Source: the human T2T-CHM13v2.0 reference genome, Homo sapiens. Taken from it: a stretch of DNA of 64,000 bases. Numbering within the stretch: the first letter of the stretch is position 1; every line of letters begins with the position of its first letter. Below, one piece after another: positions 14,200-27,451 of the stretch. Position numbers and translations under genes: made by a program. Under the pieces are notes generated by a model. It was not told where the DNA came from. It worked only from the letters and a program-made list of their open reading frames with translations, and ran no database searches. Location of the stretch: NCBI RefSeq assembly GCF_009914755.1, contig NC_060942.1; one strand, written 5' to 3'.

Positions 14200-14960
14200 A
14201 AAATCAGAAAATAATTAGAACTGTGAATCATAAAGTATCATGATAGTGTTAAAGTTGTCACATGCAAATAACATGGTACCAGAGAAGGAAATACATGTTT
14301 TTAAATGTTGTTATTAGAAAAGAAGAAATACCAACTAAGCATCTAATTCAAGAAGATAGATGAAGAACAGAGCAAAACCAAAGAAAGAAAAAAGGAAATA
14401 ATAAACATGAATAGAAATTTATTAACTAAACAGCACAGAAGCAATAACAAAGTTCAACAAAATAAAAAGCTGGTTTTGTGAAAAGGTTAATAACATGGAC
14501 CTCTGGCAACAGATCAGAAATAAATAGAGAAAAACCACATATAGCCAATAGCAGATTTTTTTTGTACTGCAATAGAATAATATGAATAACAATATATTTG
14601 ATGAATTAGGTAATTTTCTAGAAAAATATGACTTTCCAAAACTGACTCAAAAAGAAACAGAAATTCTGAGTAGATAATAATTATCTTAAACTCGAATTCT
14701 GGTTAAAAATTGACGCATGGAAATGTACCAGTGTATTTATAGGTACTAAATATTCAAGGAACAGATAATTCAAATGTTGTAAATGTTAAAAATATATAAC
14801 ATTTTATAAATATATAAAAATACATAAATTATATACATTTTATAAAAATTATTCTAAGAGAACAGAAAAGAAAACTTGTTCCCCCATTTCATTTTAAGAG
14901 GTTAGTATAACCTCAATATCAAAACCAGACAAGACTACAGTAAAAGGTAAAATTATAGGT
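14200..14960 (+). mobile_element. Old L1 (L1M) ORF2-derived fragment
   Basis: A-rich degenerate L1 sequence (aaagctggttttgtgaaaaggttaataa; aactgactcaaaaagaaacagaaa). Confidence 0.7.
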
Positions 14961-15367
14961 GCCACACATAGATAGGAAGAGATGAATAGACCAGTAGGTC
15001 CAAGCAGGCCAGATGTAAGACACCAAAAGCCCAACATATTAAGGAATAGGATAGGAAAATGTATGATAGTAAGATTTACGTAAAATTATCTGTATTACAA
15101 AGGGTATAATAAGTGACCAGACAAGGGGGGAGGTACTATGGGGCTATTATGCAAAGTTTAAACACTTCCAGAGCAATATTTTATATACTAAAAGTATAGA
15201 AACCATTTCTTTCTTTCAATGATGTCTCTGCTGGGAGCCAGCATGGGAGTGCAGGTGAGCTGGTGAGGAGGCTACTGAGGCAGGGAGGACCACCAGCCCG
15301 GCCTAGAAGAGGGTGCTGGGCCTCTCCTTCCACAGACCTTTCTCTGGAAAGAGGAAACTAGCAGTAC

Positions 15368-15746
15368 TGTGTGTCCACCTGGTTGGGCTGCCATAACCAA
15401 ATGCCACAAGCCAGGAGGCTTACACAACAGACATGTACTATCTTCCTGTTCTGGAGGCTGGAAAGTCCCAATCCGGGTCTGGCAGGATTCTGCTTCTGGT
15501 GCAGGCCCTCCTCCTGGCTTTCATGTGGCCACCTTCTTGCGGCAACCTCACGTGTCAGAGAGAGCGCACGCTCTGTGGTGTCTCTTCTTACAAGGACACG
15601 AATCCTATTGGGTGAGGGCCCCACCTTAATGACCTCATTTAACCATCATTATCTCCTTGGAGGCCTGTCTCCAAATACAGTCACACTTGGGGTTTAGGGC
15701 TTCACCATTTGAGTTTTGGGGGTACACAAATATTCAGTCCATAACA
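15368..15746. mobile_element. MLT1 (ERVL-MaLR) solo LTR
   Basis: gggctgccataacc...ttctggaggctggaaagtcc...attcagtccataaca. Confidence 0.85.
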
Positions 15747-18700
15747 GCCTGCTTAATGGGGTTCTCGTAAAGATTCAGTGAGTTTCCACATGTCAGGAGG
15801 TTAGAGAAGTTCCTGCCCATTCCGAGGACTCAATAATACAGCTATTAGTGTAACCGTAGGTTTCCACCAACAAACCTAAGACTGAAGAAAAAGACCCTTT
15901 TTGTTCCGCACACCAAATCTACCTACTTTTACTATGAAAACATTAATGACTATTGAAAAAAAAAAAGGCCAACTCCACTGGAAAGCAAGTTCCTTGAAGG
16001 GAAGAGATGGCCTTGCTCAGCAGCCTCTCCCTCCAGGCCCAGGGCCCTGAGCAAATGCCCAGCAAGGTGAATAAAGAGAGTACCTCGCCATAGTGTCACG
16101 GAGCACACCAGAGCCACCTCATGTAGCCTAAACATTTCATCTGCTTTCATGTGCTTGTGTTTCTTCCCCTGAGAGGTATAGTCCCATCTGACTCCTTCAT
16201 TTACTTCACACATCCTTGCTGACCACCCACATGTGATGGGGAGAAAGAGGTACCTGGAGCCCACTCTCGGGTGCCTTCCTTTCACAATCCCAGCACTCCC
16301 AGAAAGTTGTGCACCCGTGCACACGTTCAATATTTGCACTGGAGCTCGCTTACAGGAAGAGTCCTCAGTAAATTATTTTGAAAAGTAGATAATTGCTAAA
16401 TAACAACTATTACTGGATTTTTAAAAATAAAGGCACATGTATTTTTTGCTTAATTGGAATTCCAAAGGACACCACTGTGTCTGGACTCAGTGGCTTAAAA
16501 GGTTAAGCTGATTTTGTATGATACAGCCTTTTACTTTAAGGAAAGATGAGGACAGCATAGTCTTTGGTTGAAAAGTCAAAAGAAAATTGTGCTGTAAAAT
16601 TACTGCAGCAAAAAATAATAATTACACACTAAAGCCCACTGTGTCTGAGACATGGCACAATTTTCAGGGAGCCAGGTTTCATTCAGAGCGACCTGGGTTT
16701 AGAAAAGGAATGAAAATGCTATGCAGTGGTGGTCGCTGTTCCTTCCATCAGGCACCTGGACCCGTCACATCCAGGGTAGTCACTGGTGATTTTTATGACA
16801 GCAACTATTCCTTCTGACAAATAACCATGGAAATTTTGTTTCCAATAAGGTGTGGCTGAAGTGGGTGGTGGTAACTAGGTTTCTGGTTTACCCATAAATC
16901 TAAGTCCGTAGATTTAAAGTAACTCAACCATTTCAGGTCTGGTAAGGTTATTAAAAAAAAAAATTTCTTCCAAATCCTTACCAGGTTTGTGGGGACACGG
17001 GTAAGCTCTGAAGAGGCCCCACCTCATTGCCATCAGCCCCTTGGATGGGCCTGACTTTAGTAATGAAATTATGGCATCTGTCCTTGAAATGTCTGGCATG
17101 ATTTGGGGGTTTTGACAAGAGGTCATGTTCCCTCATGGGAAAAGCACTCTCCTTGTTCCAGGCTGTTTCCCATTGTTAATCCTGCACATTTGTTTACAGA
17201 TAGCTCCTCCATTTTTAGCTTAAAAACAACAACAACAAACCACCCAAGAAATCAAAATGACATGGTTTTTAAGGGCAATAGCTACCTACTTAACATGTGT
17301 ACCGCACATAGTGCGTCCTTCATGCATTAAGCATGAGCTAGGCGGATGCGTGTTTGTTTACACAGACTTGCTGCCGATTCATTAAGGCAGAGCTGGGGAC
17401 CTGCTTCCCCCCATTTTGCCCTGAAGCGCTCTGCATTAGGCGGCCCTAATTGCTGGTGTTGGAGCCGCCAGGAGACCTTTCCTGTCGCAGCACCTGGTGC
17501 AGAAGACACAGATGCTGCACTTCCCTCCAGCGGGGTCCCCGGTACATCTGACAGGACCTGTCATTATCTAAGACTTCCTTGTCACCACCATGCCTCCCCT
17601 TTTAGCCCACGTGTTCTGGGAAGAGACCCTTGTCAGTTTTCCTGGCACCTGCCACCGGCTGCACACCTGGCATTGAAATGGCGCTGGAACGTGTTGTGAT
17701 TATTTTCCCTCTTTAATGAACCCACCTGAGGGACATTTAGTTTCTTAATCCAGTCGCCTGTTTCCCAGGCATTCCCATTTACACCGTTTGTGTGGAGATT
17801 CAAAAACTCTGTTGTGGTATTGAGCTGTTCCATCTGCCAGAAGTCTTATAACCAAATCTGCAGGACTCCCAAAGGAGACTTTTTACACCGGTAATTTAAG
17901 CTAATTATTTCTAAACATATTTAGTCAGTTTTATGAAGACCTCATTAGAATGTGACTGTTTATTAAAAATCCAAATGAGGTCTCACAGTCACTTAGGAAA
18001 ATTATTGTTGAGTCACTCTGAATAGTTCTGATAACAGAAGATAAAATGTTTTGGAGCTGAGAGAAGTGGGGACCAGAGCTGTGGACCTCTATCACAGTAG
18101 GGGATGGGAAGAAACCACCTACATGGATTCTTGGATATTTTCCACCCAAGGAGCCTGCCCTAAAATTCCTCTCACAGTACTTGTCACTAAAAGAGTCATG
18201 AAAGGAAAAGTTTACTATGAACACTAGACGTCAGAACTAACAACTTTCTAATTCACATACAAGGAAGGTATATTAAGATTCCAGGTGCCCCTCTCACAGC
18301 CAAGAAAAAAACATCTTCTTTTGTGCAACAGCCACCAGACCCAGGATCAATGAGGAAGCAAGAGAGAGGCAAGGTTGCCCTTTTATAAAAAGTGTGGAAA
18401 TACTGGTTAATTATAAGAATAAAAATATTAGTAATCGTTTTTACTACAAAATCTCTTGAGTTGTTCCAAGACATCAAACTCATAAGAAAGGGAAGAGGGA
18501 AATTGTTTTTATAGACATTGCTGACAGTTTTCCGTCTTGAGCACTCACTGTTACTTTCATAGGTCCTTTTTCATAAACTGATATTTAAGATTGATCTTTT
18601 GTGACCTGTGTAATTACAGTCTTAGCCTTTGAATAATTTATGCTCATTCAGCAAACACTCCTCATCTCAATCTACTGTCATCCTTTCGCCTATCATAGGA

Positions 18701-19141
18701 TGAAGCTGACATAAGCCTTACCTCCCTCCTGCATGTTACCCCTGGGCATTAACTGCTCATTGGCCATCTCTACCTCTGTGTCCCACAACTGGCACAAACC
18801 AAGCACCTTAGAAACTAAGCTTGTCCATTCATCTTCAGACTCCTGGTCCCCAGTACCTATTCTTATCATTCAGGCTTGAAAACAAATTTCATTTTGTACT
18901 CAGCCCAATCCAATGTCAAGCCATAAAAACACCATGTGAACAGCACACCTGCCTCCTGTTTTCAAGGTGCCTCCAGTGCAGCTTGGGAATTCACAGTCTT
19001 TCATATCAGTCCCAGTAGCAGCGTCCCCACTGGTCACCCTGGTGTTCACACTGGTCACCCCAGCATCCACAGTGGTCACCTTGTGCTGTTGTGGTCTCAG
19101 AGGCCAAAATGGATGCCCCATTATCAACTAAGACAGAAAGG

Positions 19142-19723
19142 TGAAGGAAACAGAGTTACCTACAGGTTGAAGGTTCAGGGCCTGTCGGGGCAAATCCTCT
19201 AAGTTCCTATGGCCAAACTCCCTACCAATAGGAGCTACAGCTCTGAGTCACAACCCAGACCACTGCAACTCTGATTGGCCAGAGGACCAGCCTTGAAAAC
19301 ACTCTTTCCTGATAAGCAGCTGTAGATCTTGAGCCCATTTCGGCAGCTCATAGAGGCTGCATACAGACTGTCTTTGTGTCCCATAGCTGACCTTTTGATG
19401 TAAAGAGCCAAATGCCATTTTCTTTTCATGGTAAAAACCCCACCCCAAAGTGAACATGGGATGTATGGTACATGTATGTTTACCTATTGCACATGTGCTC
19501 AGCTCCCCTTATAAATATGTATAGCTTTCCCCCCAAACCTGCTGATATGTATGACTCTGTTGTGTGATACAGACCTGGTGAGGCATAAAAGCCAACCTGT
19601 CCTTCTTTCTGAAGAGAGAGCACCTTCAGTCCATGCTGGAGACTCTTCCCAGCTTGCAAACCGATAACCCCCATAAAGCTCTCCTTTCTACTGTCCAGCC
19701 ATCCTGGTGGTCTTTTAGACAAC
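19142..19723 (+). mobile_element. ERV1-class solo LTR (MER57-like)
   Basis: TG...CA ends; ccccaccccaaagtgaacatgggatgtatg...cccaaacctgctga; CCAAT and TATA-like elements. Confidence 0.7.
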
Positions 19724-20104
19724 ACCATCTTCTATCCATTCCATGTGTCAGTGCTGCATTAATTTTTATAAACATTGGCTCCTGACACACCACTCATCTG
19801 TTCAGAATCCTTCAGTGATTCCTGTCGAATCCAGAACAAAGCCCAAACCTCAAGATCCCTCTATTCTGTGCCTTCACAGTGTGGCTCTAGTCTACGGCAA
19901 GCTTATTTCCCAGCATTCTCTTACAAGTGTTTGAAGTGCCAGGCAGACAAAGTATTTGCCATTTGCCACACACGCCCAGCACTGCATTCCTTGTGCTTTT
20001 GGTGCTGTCTGGCCCATGCACAGTGGAGCTCTCCAGGAAAACCCCTGCCAGTTTGGAATGCTCTAGGTCTACACAGTCGCCTGCAGAGCCTCTAGTCGCA
20101 GGGG

Positions 20105-20230
20105 TCTACTGAGTATTTTCAGTGTGGTTATTGTGACTGAGAGATTGACTTCTGAGGTTTATTTCATTTGTATTAATTTAAATTGAAATGTCCACATGTG
20201 ACTAATGGCTTTTGTCTGGGACATTGCAGG
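20105..20230. mobile_element. MER3-like DNA transposon fragment
   Basis: tattaatttaaattgaaatgtccacatgtgactaatggc. Confidence 0.6.
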
Positions 20231-21437
20231 GACAGCACCTCCTTGCCTTCCTCCTTATGCCTGCTTAACCAGGGCCCTTCATTTAATACTAATTGAAAAT
20301 TCCACCCTTTCTAAGAAGGAAACCCGACCTGATTATTCAACTGGCTATTTTATCTCCCTCATCAGCATCCTCTCTGTATGTCACTTGCCATATTCTGTCC
20401 TTTAGTATAAGTTTTAGCCCTTCCTCATTTATAGTAAGTCAGTCAGAGAATCAGAAGGCCTTGGCTCTTCCCATGCCCATTGCAACATCTCTGAGCCCCA
20501 GATTCGTCATCTGTTAAGCATAGGGAATGATGCACTAATACCCTTCTGTGTCACGGGATTACTGTAAGGATTACAGAATAAATTGAGCATCTGTTGTGCC
20601 TGTTTCCACTTCTGCAAACTCACCTTCTCAGCCATTCCTGTGCACAACCACCAGGCTGTGGGTCCTTCCAGGTAGGCCCAGTAGAAGCAATTGGTCAAGA
20701 ACCTTTCCCTAAATCTGGCCACAGGGACGGCGTCTCTGTTGTCAGAGATGGTGGAGTTTGCACCTTGCCTTGAATTCCTTCAATTCTGTAGGTCGTGAAT
20801 TATCTGTTTCTGCTGGAAATAGCAGCAATTCCTAAACTAGAATTGCTGTAACTTTAACACAAAACTAGAAGTCAAAGAGGAGATTGGCAGTGTGGCCTGT
20901 GATGATTCCCATCCAGACACTGCCAGGCTTCACGCCACTACCCCCAGCACATCAGCCAAGAAAGGAGGCACTAACGAATACTGAGCTATCAGCAGCAGGA
21001 GAAAGGCCTTCTACAGACTCCTCAACACCAGCTCCTCCAGGAAAGATGGTTCCCTGGCTGCCCTGGTGAACCTGGAGGTTTTCTCTGCCTGAAAACCTCA
21101 GTTCCCCTCTGTAAAAAGTTCAACCAAAGAGCTCAATTTGTCATGTTCACAAATTAGCCCAAAGATAGGCTTTTTAATCCCTTCTCAGCACAATTTAACC
21201 CAACATTTAGTGCTGTACTTACTGTATCTATGACACTAATAATCCAAAGATAGTTATAATTCACTTGTCCTCAAAGAATATCACCTGTGGTCATTGAGAA
21301 CCGTATATCAACAATGAACTGTGATACATGTTCAGAATGTGATAGTACCAACAAAGGGACTCATTCTGCCTGTGGCAATCTAGGTCTTCTCGGAGCACGT
21401 GGTAAAGAGCTGGACCTTAGTAGGAGGAAGGATTTTA

Positions 21438-22217
21438 TTTTGTCTTTATTTTAGATTTAGGGGGCACATGGGCAGGTTTGTTAAATGGGTATATTTAGTG
21501 GTGCTGAGGTTAGGGCTTCTAATGATCCCATCAACCAAACAGTGAACATAGTCCCCAGTAGGTAGTTTTTAAACCCTTTCCCTCCTTCCTCTCTCCTCCC
21601 TTTTATATTCCCCAGTGTTTATTCCCATCTTTGTGCCGTGTATACCCAACGTTTAGCTCCCACTTACAAGTGAGAACATAGTATATTTGGTTTTGTTTCT
21701 GAGTTAATTCACTTAGGATAATGGCCTCCAGCTGTACCCATGTTGTACCAAAGGACATGATTTCATTCTTTTTCTTTTCTTTTTTTTTTTTTTGGTTTGG
21801 TTTTTTTTGTTTGTTTGTTTGTTTGTTTTGTTTTTTGAGATGGAGTCTCACTCTGTCACCCAGGCTGGAGTGCAGTGGCACGATCTTGGCTCACTGCAAC
21901 CTCCGCCTCCTGGGTTCAAGCAATTCTCTGCCTCAGCCTCCCAAGTAGCTGGGATTACAGGCACCCACCACTACGCCTGGCTAACTTTTTGTATTTTTAA
22001 TAGAGATGGGGTTTCACCATCTTGGCCAGGCTGGTCTTGAACTCCAGACCTTGTGATCCACCTGCCTTGGCCTCCCAAAGTGCTGGGATTACAGGTGTGA
22101 GCCACCCCACCCGGCCCGATTTCGTTTTTTATGGCTATGTAGAAAATGTGTATATACCACATTTTCTTTATCCAGCCTACCATTGATGGACACCTGGGTT
22201 GATTCCATGTCTTTGCT
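21438..22217 (-). mobile_element. L1 (L1PB-like) 3' segment interrupted by an Alu; TSD GAGGAAG(G/C)ATTTTA
   Basis: L1 3'UTR match (tttagctcccacttacaagtgagaacat); TSDs at 21424-21437 and 22218-22231. Confidence 0.88.
21770..22116 (-). mobile_element. Alu (AluS-like) nested in L1, antisense, (TTTG)n tail
   Basis: Full Alu dimer in reverse orientation. Confidence 0.93.
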
Positions 22218-22988
22218 GAGGAAGCATTTTAAATGGCAGGAGTGAGACAGTAACCACTTCAGCAGCATAAGGAAGGGAAAGCACAGGAAGGGGAGGAAAT
22301 GGCAAGATGGAGAAAGAGCTAGTGGCCTGCCTGATGCAGCTGATGAGGGAAGAACTCTGAGGCCGGGAAGCTAACTGCAGGCTTGTTGATGAGGATTTGA
22401 AATGTGTTTCTAGGAAGGAAGGAGAGGTAGCAAGTGGGCAGTGTGTGTGTTTGTTTGTTCACTTTAATGGAAGGCATTGAGGTAGTGAATCGTGTTCTAA
22501 TTGGTATTGAAAAGCAATCTTGGTGACCATTAAGAAAAGGCTGAGAAAGGCTATGGAAGAGTATGGAGACACGTTTAGGAGGTTAGAGCAAGGCTCTAGG
22601 TGAAAGATGATGTGGGCTTGAGTTTGGGCAGAGGTGTTGGGAGCTTATGAGGAGTATACAGTTTGGGTGTTATGGTGGGTAGGTGGTGCTGATAAGGAAG
22701 GAGGAGAACTTGAGAATGAACCAGGGTTTCTACCACTGTGACTTGGGTTGCTATAAAGGATATTAACCAAGAATGGGTATCTCTTTCCAGCCCACCCCCA
22801 CACCCCCAAATAAAAGTAGGTGTAAGGAGAGGCAATGTGTTTCATCTTGGACATGCTGAGTTTAAGCTGAATGAGCAATAATGTGGTGCTTTCCAGGAAG
22901 CTCAAGAGAGAGATGTGAGCTGAAGACACAGAAACAAACTATGAAATATTAGCGTCCCCCTTTATTCACAAGCATCTACTGTGTGTTA

Positions 22989-23608
<620 letters not shown>

Positions 23609-26600
23609 TCACGAGCTACAGAAAGGCCAGGTAAACAGGAATCAGAGAGCAAGGTAGAGAGAAAGAATGTACTGAGTCAGGCATCCTGCTAAATGTTTCA
23701 CAAGCCCTATTGCTCTTATCACAGCTACCCTGAGTACATTTAAAGATTCCTATTTTTAAACTAAGTAAGGCTTGGTGTGGTTAAATAATTTGGCCAAGGG
23801 CATAGAGCTAGAATTGAAACTTTGGTCTGTCCAGTTCCAAAGCCCATGCTCTCTCCCCATTCCACAGTGCCCCCCGTTAGCACTGGAGATGTCTTTGGTA
23901 CGTACCAAGTTCCCATGGGATGATAGAACCAGGAATCCAGCAGCAGTAGAACAGTGGCTAAGTGTGCAGCAAAGATGCAAATGTAGCTTGTTCTTGGAGC
24001 AGCGAGTCACAGGAGAGAGATGAAGCAGCACCTAGAAGGGAACAGGGTCTAGACAGTGATTATAATGGTTGGGAGTGTGTTTTTAGTGATAGAGTAGACA
24101 TAAGAGTAACTGGGAGTCTGAAAAGAAGATGTAATTGCCTTCTCAAACTAAAGGTACAAGAAAAGGGGAAAAGTGACAGAGGAAAATCACAGACAAGACA
24201 GAAGGGGATGCCTTCAGTTCATAAGCATATGCTGCATTCACACCACTCAATGTGCAGTCACAGAAAGCCAGGGATGCTAAGACAAATTAAGTGTGTCCCT
24301 GTACACAGGGAGGGGGCATCAAGCAAAGGGATGAAATTCCGTGATAAAGGTTTCACAGCATGCTGTGGAAGTTCATGAAAGAGGCACCTCATCTAGCTGT
24401 GGAGTTGAGTGGAGGTTGAAGGGATTTGTCAATAAATGCATCTCAGAACAAGGGGTGCCTGGTGCTGAGTACAGGAGGTGGGAGAGCAAATGAAAATTAA
24501 TTGGCAAAGGAGGGAGGGAAGGTGTTCCAGGCAGAGGCAACCACAGGGCCCTGGAGGGAAGCTGCAGGGATTCAGTATGAACCAGGGGAGATAGGGAATG
24601 GGGATTCTAGGGAGAACTGAGGCCTTGTCATGGATATACCACGTCAGGAATTGGGCTTCAGCTCATGAATGACAGAGAGCCCCAAAGGATTTGGGTGTGG
24701 AAGTGACAAGGGGAAAGGGCCACACTGGAGATACTGCAGAGACAGAGTGGATCATCCAAAGGCAGAACAATCAGCATCTGACTTAACAAGGAAAAGGTTA
24801 CTGGCAACCTTTTGCCTCAGTGTTTTCAGACTGATGGCCTATCTGAGTTCTTTGATTACATGCAACAGAAATCAACTCTGGCTAATTTCAGGAAAAGGGA
24901 AAAGAATATTATAAGCTCAAAATGTTGATGTGAAGAGTAAGGCTTACAAAAGATAGGAAAGAAGGTAACAGCTCCAGAGGGCTAGTGAGCCAAATGGGTC
25001 TCACAGCCAGACAGTCTAGTCAAGGCGCTGATGCGAAGACAGTGAGCTCTCTGGTCTCTTTGTCACTGTGCTCAGGATTCTAATAACAAGGATAGAACCT
25101 CCGACTCCCAAAGGTTGGTTCATGTGCTCATCCCTCGCTGTCCAGGGCCTCTAATTGACAAGCCACCCAATAGGGAAGAAGTAATTCCCCAAAAGGAAGT
25201 CAAGGATCCATTAGGAAGGATGAATGGATGAAATGGATGTTGACAGACCAAATGATGCATTCAGTACAAACGGCAAGCACTGAAGCCAGCCTGCAGCGTT
25301 GAGGCAGGAGTAGCAAATGAGGATGCATAGACTGAGTGTGGACTTGACAGAAGCTTAGCTCTGCAGGGAAAAGAGAGGAGTGCAGCTGTAAACAGAGGAG
25401 CATTTCTGATCAAAGGATATTTATAAGGTGAAAGACCCTTGACAGTAGTTATGTGTTAAGGAAAAGAATCAGAAGAGAGGGAGAGACTGGACATCTTGGG
25501 AAGTGGACGGAGTCTTTGCCAGGGAGCCAGGAGGGAAGGGACCCTGAGTGCAGGTCCTCCATTCAACCTTACAAGAGATGACATCTTTTCCTCTGAGCCT
25601 GCAGAGCAGAGACAGGCGTGGACACACTTAAATAAATTGAACCAAACAGAAACACACTCAGGATGGCACCCTCTCCTGGTAACAGTGGTTTTCCCAGTGT
25701 AGTAAGGAACAAGGCCATGGGCTGAGAAGCTGGACGAAAAGGGAAGTAGCTATTTTAGGGATGCATCAAGGACATAGGTAAAGGTGTTCGCCTGGAATGG
25801 GAGTGACCTCTTCTCTGGGGAGAAGGTAAGGATGGGCAGATATAAGTGAGACTCCAGTTGGCGGCTACAGGATGCAGGTAGGTGGAATCCCAGGACAGCC
25901 AATAGCCCAAATCCTCCAGGTACTAGTGGCAGGGGAATGTGACTCCAAGGAGAATAGGGTGTTGTGAGCGTTTCTAGGTGAACTGAAAACCAACCCATTC
26001 TTACCCCACACCTTACTTTTTGCAACCTTGGAATGAAGGGAATTATCCATATGAACTCTAAAATTCCATGTTTATATGAGAGATATTTTCCTGTTTGCTG
26101 TTTACATTTTGGTGACGGGATCCATTTGAATAACAAAAGCATCTGCACTCCAGATCCAGTTTAATCCACATGCTTCCAGAGTCCTTGATGCTTCCTGTAC
26201 ACTCTGAATACCACCAACAGCAGAAAACGATTGAGTGTGGATTGTTAAAGGGGAAAGATTCAGGACAAAAACATGAGGACTGTCACTCCCTTGGGAGAGA
26301 GCCCTCCGCTCCCATGTCCTCTGCACTGTTTTCACATGAATTGTGTAGAGGATCTGGAATGGAATGTTGCCATGTGATCAGGTACCAGTGAGACAAATTC
26401 TGTCAGTGATCCTTCTGTATTTTAATTTATGCAGACCATAAAAGATATTCAGTCTGTTCTCTAATTTATAGACCTTCTTTTGAAAATAATCTAATCTGAC
26501 TACAGTAAACTAAGATTTTTGAAGAAATATATCCTTTTCAGAAGTTCTCAAAATTACTTAAAGCTATCCCCCCAATTTGTCAACTGCCACAATCAGTCGC

Positions 26601-27279
26601 ACCCGGTGAGCACATTTCCGTGTCTTTACCTAGTGATCAGCAGGGCCGCAGCGGGTTCCTGCCTGCAGTAGGGAGGGGGTCCTTGGAGAGAATGTGGTTT
26701 CTTTGGAGGACTCTCACGATCGTTTAATGAAGATATCTATGCATGCCCCGTTGTGTTCTGTATAATTGCAAGTGTGACTGTTACCTCTGGAAGATCTCCT
26801 TAGGCAACGAAATGGCTATTTTACTCAAAGTGTTTAATCAATAGAGAATCATCGTTTCACATCCGTCAATTCAATTTGGACAGCAAATCCATTTAATTAA
26901 AGGTAAACTGTGGTTTAAAGGAGATGCAAAAACATATACAAGTATAAAACAACTTCATTTAACCAGGAAACACTTAATTGACTACAAACTGGGTAATGAT
27001 TTTGAAAAATATGAGACTAAAAGAAACACATACTCGCAGACTAAAGCAAGGAGAAAACCATATAACTTTTTTCTCCAATCTTATTGAAGGCTTATTCAGT
27101 ATTTTAAATACTAAGTTCTGCATTTTATAACTTAGAGTAATGAGGTTTCTTATATAAAACTTCATATCATATGCCAACCCCAACCTCTGTAAACTTTATT
27201 CTGATAGTATTCCTGCAAATACATACATACACAACATATTTACACACGCACATTTTTGTTTAAGGCTAGCTATTCCCCC

Positions 27280-27388
27280 CACACACACACACACACATTT
27301 GCCTGCGTGAGTAACCAGACTAGATCTCTTTTACAATTTTCACATTCCCCATATCTGATCAGAGGTTCTTCCCAAATGTATGCACATG

Positions 27389-27421
<33 letters not shown>

Positions 27422-27451
27422 TGCATACACTTGGACATGCACACACACACA
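27280..27451. repeat. (CA)n microsatellite cluster
   Basis: Seen directly. Confidence 0.85.

Noticed and set aside
21603-22183. ORFs with LSPRLECSG / [13 protein letters not shown]-type peptides (also near 4927, 23192, 41138, 57921, 59888, 61584, 62913)
   Set aside because: Translations of Alu sequence
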